Of a stretch of DNA of 64,000 nucleotides, positions 54,542 through 64,000 are shown in pieces. The stretch's first letter is position 1. Every line of letters begins with the position of its first letter. Source of the DNA: Octopus vulgaris (lineage: Eukaryota); the NCBI GenBank assembly GCA_951406725.2, contig OX597827.1:63302001-63366000 (forward strand), given 5' to 3'. The position numbers were made by a program, and so were the translations under genes. The notes below the pieces were generated by a model. That model searched no databases. It saw nothing but the letters and a program-made list of their open reading frames with translations, and was not told the origin of the DNA.

Positions 54542-55106
54542 TTGTGAACGAATATATTACAAAGGAAAATGGTCTTTGCAAAGCTTACAAAGTCTATCTA
54601 TTAACCTTTAATGTTACCACACTCTGCTCTATAAGACTATGTGCTATGTAAGCTGCGTTGTTTTGTTGAGTGGTCTCTCCATTTCCTATTTTTTATTCTA
54701 GTTTTGCTTTATATAATATTTTCTAGTGATCGTTGTGGAGGGAACTAACTGTGTGGGTTAATATTAATTAGCGCGTGGCTATAGGATCGTGGATATCGCA
54801 GGCTGTAAGGTGTTTTTACATTATATATGTATCATATATACATGTGTTTGTGTGTGTGCGTGTGCATGTGTGTGTGTGTGTGTGTGTATGTATGATATAT
54901 ATCTATAAATTTTGGCACAGGTGCAGAAGCTTTTGTGAGGAGAGGGAGTCGATTACATCGATTCCAGTACTTAGCTGTTACATATTTTATGGACCCCAAA
55001 AGGATAAAAGGTGAAGTCGACTTCAGCGAAATTTGAACTCAGAATGTAAGGACAGACTAAATGCCGCTAAGCAATTTTGTCTGTGAAGTGCTAACGGTTC
55101 TGTTGG

Positions 55107-55332
55107 CTCTTTTACTCTTTTACTCTTTTACTTGTTTCAGTCATGTGACTGTGGCCATGCTGGAACACCACCTTTAGTCGAGCAAATCGACCCCAGGACT
55201 TATTCTTTGTAAGCCTAGTACTTATTTTATCGGACTGTTTTGCCGAACCGCTACGTTACGGGGACGTAAACACACCAGCATCGGTTGTCAAGCGATGTTG
55301 AGGGGGACAAACAGAGACACACAAACATATAC

Positions 55333-55407
<75 letters not shown>

Positions 55408-55600
55408 AATACTCCGGGCTTCTTTTAGTTTCCGTCGACCAAATCCTCAACAAGGCTTTGGTTGGCCCGAGGCTATAGTAGAAGACACTTGCCGAAGGTG
55501 CCACGTAGTGGGATTGAATCCGGAACCATGTGGTTGGTAAGCAAACTACTTACAACACAGCCATTCCTACGTCTATAACCACAAAAGCCACTCCTACGCC
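55107..55600 (-). mobile_element. SINE family A
   Basis: Collinear with other A copies. Confidence 0.85.
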
Positions 55601-56139
55601 TATGGTTGCCTTTGTTATACATGTAATGGTTAAATATTCTATTCTGCACTTTATGTTTTGCCCTGCACATGATGCCCTGATCTGTGGAAAGATTGTCTCA
55701 CATGAAATCGGTCCGTGTTGTAAAAAAGTGTAGGGTCGGCTTGTACAGAATATGCGACGTTGAGCAGTTGAGCAGAATGTAAAAAAACTCTGTTTAAATT
55801 CATGTGAACAGCGCTATTTTAAATGAATGTTAGGTCACATAGGATGTTGATTGTGACTGGCGGAACAAACTTTGGGGTTGTGTATAGATGGTATATAGTA
55901 TGGTTTTAATATTGATATTCATATTCTACATTATAACATAACTTGTGCTCTGGTTATTACTGATACCGTCTTTCAATTTCTTCTTTCATAATCTGGCTTA
56001 TTTCAATTATTTTCGTCCAAGCGTCATTTATGAAAATATTTTAGTAATATTATTATTGTTCTTGTTCTTGTTCTTCTTGTTGTTGTTGTTGTTATTGTCG
56101 TCGTCATTATCATTATTATTATTTTTATTATTATTGTTG

Positions 56140-56181
<42 letters not shown>

Positions 56182-56184
56182 TTG

Positions 56185-56219
<35 letters not shown>

Positions 56220-56355
56220 ATTATTATTATTACTATTTATCTATATATTTATTTATTTATTTCTACATCGACCAAGTTGACAGTATCAAACTGATAAGGA
56301 TGATGTTGGTGATGATGATGATGATTATGATGATGATGATGATGATGATGATGAC

Positions 56356-56399
<44 letters not shown>

Positions 56400-56708
56400 C
56401 GGCGACGATGATGCTGGTGATGATGATGATGATGATGATGATCATAATCATCATCGTCATCATCATCATCGTCATCATCATCATCAGCATCATCATCATC
56501 ATCATCATCAACATCGTCATTCTCATCGTTTTCATAAAGATGTAGATGTGTGTTGGTGTTTGGTGAGGATAAGGAGGCGGACCAAGTTGCGCAAGTCATT
56601 CAGTTCTTTGGTCCGTTTTCAAGTTTCAACCGTTTCCAGGTTGTCCTTAAATATGCGTGTGAATATGTGTGTGTATATATACGTATATATACACACATAC
56701 AGACACAC

Positions 56709-56764
<56 letters not shown>

Positions 56765-56797
56765 ACACACACGTATATGTATATATATATATGTATG

Positions 56798-56851
<54 letters not shown>

Positions 56852-56940
56852 TATATATGCATATATATACATATATGTATATATATATGTATATATATCT
56901 ATATATGTATATATATACATATATGCATTTATATATATAT

Positions 56941-56998
<58 letters not shown>

Positions 56999-57417
56999 GT
57001 GTGTGTATATGCAGGTATATAAGCGTGTATGTATGTATGTATGTATGTACGTGCGTATTGATTGATTGATACTTTGACTAGACAAAACAAGGCTGAAGTG
57101 ACTGACACGAGGTGAGGTGAGATGTTACGAAGGGTCAGGTGAGGTGAGACGGATTGAAGTATAAAGGGGGGGGGACGAAATCGAAATCAGTGTGTTATTC
57201 GTAATAATTTTATCGACACCGCAGAGATGAAACGTAGACTCGATGCCGGCGGGATTAGAACTCATAGAGAAAGGATGCATGAAACAGGATAAATGGTTGT
57301 GGTGCGCACATACCACCCAGCCATCCTCACTCTATCTCCACCATCGAAAAACAGTTCTATTAGCTGTTTGACGTCACTGACACCACAATAATTCTAATGA
57401 TCGGTGAAGAGAACAGC

Positions 57418-57429
57418 CGGATGAGGAAG

Positions 57430-57480
<51 letters not shown>

Positions 57481-57545
57481 CCTATGACGATGGTGACGAT
57501 GGTGATAATGATGATGATGGTGATAATGATTGTGGTGGTGATGAA

Positions 57546-57603
<58 letters not shown>

Positions 57604-57716
57604 GTGATGATGGTGATAATGATGATGATAGGGATAATGATTGTGGTGGTGATGAAGATGATGATGATGATGATGACAATGATAATGATGGTGATAATGA
57701 TTGTGGTGGTGATGAA

Positions 57717-57771
<55 letters not shown>

Positions 57772-57824
57772 GTGATGATGGTGATAATGATGATGATAGG
57801 GATAATGATTGTGGTGGCGATGAA

Positions 57825-57888
<64 letters not shown>

Positions 57889-58205
57889 ATGATGATGATG
57901 ATGTACGAGGGTAATGGTTTTCATTATGTTGGGCGAAAAAAGATAATTTTGATGATGGTGATGGTGATGATGATGATTATGATGGTAAGGAGGAGTGGAG
58001 GAGGAAAAGGGAGAGAATAGCGTCGACGACGATGACGAGGATCATGATGACGGTTATGACGATGACGATGAGGAGGAGGAGAACGACGACGTCGACAGCG
58101 ACTCTGATTGTTACGATGATGATGATGGTGATGCTGCCGATGACGACGACGATGATGATGATGGCGACGACGATGATGATGATAACGATGATGATGCTGA
58201 TGACA

Positions 58206-58238
<33 letters not shown>

Positions 58239-58361
58239 TTGATGACGGACGACGACGATGATGATGATGACAATGATGATGATGACAATGATGATGAGGA
58301 TGATGATGATGATGATGATGATGATAATGATGATGATGATGATGATGATGATGACGACGAC

Positions 58362-58395
<34 letters not shown>

Positions 58396-58415
58396 ATGAT
58401 GACGTCGACGACAAC

Positions 58416-58454
<39 letters not shown>

Positions 58455-58663
58455 GACGTCGACGACGACAACGATGATGATCATGATGATGAGGATGATG
58501 ATGATAATGATGCTGTTGAAGAAGAGGATAATGTGAAACGTTGACTACGATGATAAAGACAACGACGACGACTATGATGTCGATGACGATGACTATGATG
58601 TTTATGATGACGATGACGTCGACGACGACGCTGACGACGACGGCGATGATGATGATGATGATA

Positions 58664-58731
<68 letters not shown>

Positions 58732-58745
58732 GGCGATGATGATGA
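57418..58745. repeat. complex (GAT/GAC)n microsatellite with higher-order units
   Basis: GATAATGATTGTGGTGG(T/C)GATGAAGATG recurs 4 times in 57520-57830; GACGTCGACGAC also recurs. Confidence 0.85.
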
Positions 58746-59174
58746 CGTATCTCCACGTACATAGCCAGTAGGATTGAGACTCTGAAGGCAACGTGATCAA
58801 TAAACGGGCGGCATCGATTTTAGCAGATCAATTGGACTGACTGAGCAAACTTCAAATGATTATCGATTTTATTGTTGTTGTTGTTGTTGTTTCTGCTGCT
58901 GCTGCTGTTCTTGTTCCTCAATTCGTTTTGCTGTTGCTGCTGGTGGTGGTATTAGAGATATTGGTGAGGGTGTCGGTGGTGGTGGTGGTGGTGGTGGTGG
59001 TGGCAGTGGTGATAGTGGTGGGTGGGGGTGGGGAATGGTGGGTATGTGCTGTAGTGTTGCAGTGGTGTGAGTTTTCAGTAGGAAGTGTAGCGAAAAAGCG
59101 AGGCTAAGAGAGTCAAAGAGAGAGAGAGAGAGAGAGAGAGAGAAGCAAACAGAAAGATAGACAGAGAAAACGAA

Positions 59175-59207
<33 letters not shown>

Positions 59208-59644
59208 AAGAGTAAAACAGAGAAGAGAAAGAGAGGGAAAACGAAAGGAAGGAAGTTGAGTAAATTTCATGGAGAAAGGCAGAGTGAGAGGAGAATGATG
59301 GTTGGCGGGTTAGTTGGTCGGTTGGTGGTGGTGGTGGTGGTGATGTTGTTGTTGTTGGTGGTGGGTGTTTAGATCGTTCGTCGAAGATCAATCGGATTCG
59401 CTAGCACATACAACACACCCCTCCTCACATAACCTAACCTTCCCCCCACCCCATCGACTCGTCCCCCCCCCACCCCACCTCAAACCCAAACCTCGAATCC
59501 ACAGGCACATACCTTCACCGACATGAACATGCACCTACATTGACACATATATGCATACACACACACACATATATATACACATGTATAAACACATAGAAAC
59601 AGACATAGACTATTAAATACATACCGATATATATCTATATCTAC

Positions 59645-59706
<62 letters not shown>

Positions 59707-59808
59707 ATCCACATATATATATATATGCATATATATACATATAAGTGCGTATATATAAACATACATATATATATACACCAAAATATTTACACATACACAC
59801 ACATATAT

Positions 59809-59844
<36 letters not shown>

Positions 59845-59954
59845 CATACATATATGAATAGTTATATATATATATAATTTATAACACACACATATCCACA
59901 CATATGTATATAAATGTACATATATTTATAATACACACATACTACATATATCTA

Positions 59955-59985
<31 letters not shown>

Positions 59986-60040
59986 TATACACATATATAT
60001 ATACACATATATATACAAACACACACACACACGAGAACAT

Positions 60041-60085
<45 letters not shown>

Positions 60086-60545
60086 TACACACACACACCA
60101 TATCAGGCATCAATGACTGCAGGAGAATGTCGAACTCGAGAGTGCGAAAGCCAGAGAACAGAGAACGGAACATGGAGTGTGTGGGTGTGTAATGGGTTAG
60201 AGTTGACGTGATAGTCGCTGGAGGCTATCTGAACATACATACATACATACATACGTCATGCATATAATAAATATACATATATACATACACATATATATAT
60301 ATATATATGTATATATATATGAAATCGTATGCAAAATATATACGTATAGTTTATACGTACATAATGCATTCATATGATAAATATTTATGCATACATACAT
60401 ACATACATACATTCTATGTACATACATTCTATACATACATTCTATGTATGCCTGTATCTGTTTTGTATATAAATATATTTAATATGAACGTTTATATGTG
60501 TATATATGCATGAGTACACATACAAATAAATAAATAAACATATGT

Positions 60546-60613
<68 letters not shown>

Positions 60614-60692
60614 GCACACACTCGCGGCCATATTGTTATAGTTGTAACCAGTTGTTTATGCAGTTCTGCATGTGTCTGTATACATGTGTGAA

Positions 60693-60726
<34 letters not shown>

Positions 60727-60913
60727 ATGTGTGTGTATTATGCTTATTTAAATGAATGTATGTGTATCTTGTGTGTGTACACATAAGTATATTTTGTGAA
60801 AGATGCTATGCAGTTATCTATATACATGTGCAATTCAATACACACATAAATATACATGTACCTGTGTGAATGTGTATATATATATTATATATATGTATAT
60901 GTATATATGTATG

Positions 60914-60970
<57 letters not shown>

Positions 60971-61351
60971 CGAGAAAGAGAACAATGGTGTTGGGGTGGA
61001 GAAAGTACCTAAGAATATAAGATATAAGGCAATCTGAAGAAGACATATTCAAAAAGAGGCGATATTTAGCCGTTCTATATTACATCAGCGACAGATATGT
61101 CATCTTATATGATATCAGGCAATAGACATATGTTTTCTTAGGAAATATGAACCGCTGAAGAATCCTCTTATAGGTTTTGAAACCAATGAACGTGACAGCT
61201 TGTATATTAAACGCTGACATATGTTCGTGGTTTATGATATCAATATCTGATTTTACCCCCAAGTCTGACTCGCTGATAATATCAAAATAAATAGACAAAC
61301 ATATATATATATGTATATATATATACATATATATATATACATATATATCTA

Positions 61352-61398
<47 letters not shown>

Positions 61399-61400
61399 AT

Positions 61401-61808
61401 ACTCTTACTCTTTACTCTCTTTTACTTGTTTCAGTCATTTGACTGCGGCCATGCTGGAGCACCGCCTTTAATCGAGCAACTCGACCCCGGGACTTATTCT
61501 TTGTAAGCCCAGTACTTATTCTATCGGTCATTTATTGCCGAACCGCTAAGTGACGGGGACGTAAACACACCAGCATCGATTGTCAAGCAATGCTAGGGGA
61601 ACAAACACAGACACACAAACAAACACATATATATATATACATATATACGACAGGCTTCTTTCAGTTTCCGTCTACCAAATCCACTCACAAGGCATTGGTC
61701 GGCCCGGGGCTATAGCAGAAGACACTTGCCCAAGATGCCACGCAGTGGGACTGATTGCGGAACCATGTGGTTGGTTAGCAAGCTACTTACCACACAGCCA
61801 CTCCTGCG

Positions 61809-61810
<2 letters not shown>
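61401..61810 (-). mobile_element. SINE family A, full length
   Basis: Intact head and tail. Confidence 0.88.
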
Positions 61811-61867
<57 letters not shown>

Positions 61868-62186
61868 CGGTCCTTCGTCAGTTTCGATGATCTTTATTCC
61901 TGTGTGAATTTGTCTTTTTGCCTTCTGTCTTGTGCTTGTTTCCGTCATTGGGCTTCGGTCATGCTGGAGCACTTAGTCGAACAAATTAAAAACGAGTACT
62001 TCTTTTTGCTTAAAGCCTGCTACCTGTTCTGTTGTGTTGGTTACCTATGGTCACACCGTTATGTTACGTGGTCGCTAACAAACCAACGCCGTGTGTCAAG
62101 CGGTTAATAGAGGCAAATGCCAACATATGCTTATATTCATATATATATATATATATATATAAATATATATACATATATATATATAC

Positions 62187-62243
<57 letters not shown>

Positions 62244-62333
62244 TATATATATATATATATTTGAATATATTTATATTTTTTTCTACCAGTTTACTATCTA
62301 TCAATCTCTCTTTTTATATATTATACATATATA

Positions 62334-62433
<100 letters not shown>

Positions 62434-63015
62434 GCGGAGGAGATAGGTGTAAACGAGTATCACCACCTGGTTAGTACTCGTTCCATGCTGAGTAAACTCG
62501 AGCCACGTGAAATGAAGTGCCTTGCTCAAGGACACAACCCTGATACCCGTGTGTGGAATTGAATCCACGACGTTAGGGGCTCGAGCCGAACACCTTAACC
62601 ACAAGGCCAAGTGGTTCTGAATAAATATGACATAGTGAAAGACAAAGCTCGCTTTTTGAATTACAAGTGTACTCAATCTTCCAGAGTATTTACTATATCT
62701 TTAAGTTTCGATATAGACTACACTGTGAAGGTGTTTTAACACTACAAAAGCTAAATCAGTGACAAACACGGAACAAACTTATATCTCTTCTCAACGACTG
62801 CCTTCACAAATGCGACTGCACTCACCACACTGTACTCTGCACTGTCAATACGCATGCGCCTTTATAAGGTTTAGGACAGTTCACTTGCTAACCTACATGG
62901 ATGTCAGGATTTCACCACATTAGTAAAGTGGCTGAGTATTGCTTTGACACTCGTTCCCTGAAGATAATTTTCATTTATATAGAATAAAACACGGACGGTA
63001 CTTTGATTGTAAGTA

Positions 63016-63499
63016 CAGTCCGTCCTTGAGTATAATACGCAGGGGTTTTTAGGGGGCTGTACCTCTGAAAAACCTAAACCTTGTGTATAATGTGCACCCC
63101 TTCTCTAACTTGAGTCAAGGAGGTCATATAACGTCCCTGGTTTGTAAAAATGAATACGGTAACGTCCTTTATTATTATTGTATATATAACATAATGCAAA
63201 TGTGTAGCTTTTTGTGCATTTTGTTTGCAGAAAATAAAGAAATAACAGTAATAACAGTAATAACGTTTAATAAATGTTGCTTGCTGCAAGTTATGGATGA
63301 TTCTTTTATGACTTCCCTGCTTTCAGGCTCAGCTTAAGGTATTTTCGCGCCCGACATCACAAAATGTGTCTGAATAAACATTGCCGGACAGCAAATAGAG
63401 ACTCGGACATTGCTTAGAAAATATTTAAAATTTTTAACCTCGTATATAGTACGCACTATATATATGGAAAAAATGCGGATTATACTCGGGGATTTACGG
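63016..63499. mobile_element. pogo/Tigger-like MITE
   Basis: Imperfect TIRs CAGTCCGTCCTTGAGTATAATACGCA and TGCGGATTATACTCGGGGATTTACGG, each flanked by TA. Confidence 0.65.
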
Positions 63500-63693
63500 T
63501 ATACACATAAATGCGTGCATATAATCATACATTCATACATACATACGAATGGAAAAAACTAATTAGAAGATTTCAGACAGAAGATATGAATGGAAGTGTC
63601 AAAATATGTGCGGCTTTTCAAAAATTTAGCATATACGTACTCATGCACATGTGTAGACGTTCAATTATATGTAAGAGTAAGCGTACATAACAG

Positions 63694-64000
63694 GCACTTC
63701 GTCGGTTACGACGACGAGGATTCCAGTTGATCCGATCAGCGGAACAGCATGCTCGTGAAATTAACGTGCAAGTGGCTGAGTACTCCACAGACACGCGTTC
63801 TCTTAACGTAGTTCTCAATGAGATTCAGCGTGACACAGAATGTGACAAGGCTGGCCATACAGGTACTGCTCATTTTTTCAAGATTTGAACAACATGAAAA
63901 ACAAATGCAGTGTTGAAGGTCACAAGGCGCCGCTGAGAATCGAACTCCCAACAGAACGATATTGAGCCGAATACCCTAACCACTAAGCCACGCGCTTTCA
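63694..64000 (-). mobile_element. SINE family D-related copy
   Basis: Shares the 3' body with 39765-40146; tRNA-like head at the window end. Confidence 0.75.

Noticed and set aside
61150-61200. CTGAAGA..GAAA hammerhead candidate
   Set aside because: Stem II is imperfect and there is no convincing stem I or III

Overview
Eukaryotic, AT-rich, extremely microsatellite-rich non-coding DNA. The repeat families resemble those of an octopus or other cephalopod genome; this is an inference from the SINE types and microsatellite load. No intact host gene is recognisable, and almost all predicted ORFs are translations of simple repeats. The window is a nested set of decayed transposons: Penelope-like retroelement (PLE, Neptune-type) RT/GIY-YIG relics, R4/Dong-like RLE non-LTR fragments in (TAA)n tracts, a Chapaev3-like transposon, three mariner relics, MITEs, a Gypsy LTR relic and at least five tRNA-headed SINE families. 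The most notable signal is about a dozen minimal type I hammerhead-ribozyme (HHR) motifs, intact or degenerate, in PLE pseudo-LTR-like repeats. One family joins a tRNA-derived Pol III head, an (AAT)n linker and an HHR-bearing tail. One copy (32861-34268) is bracketed by a 12-bp direct repeat and carries a PLE-style inverted 3' extension, suggesting a Penelope-mobilised ribozyme SINE. Repeat boundaries were read by eye and are approximate.
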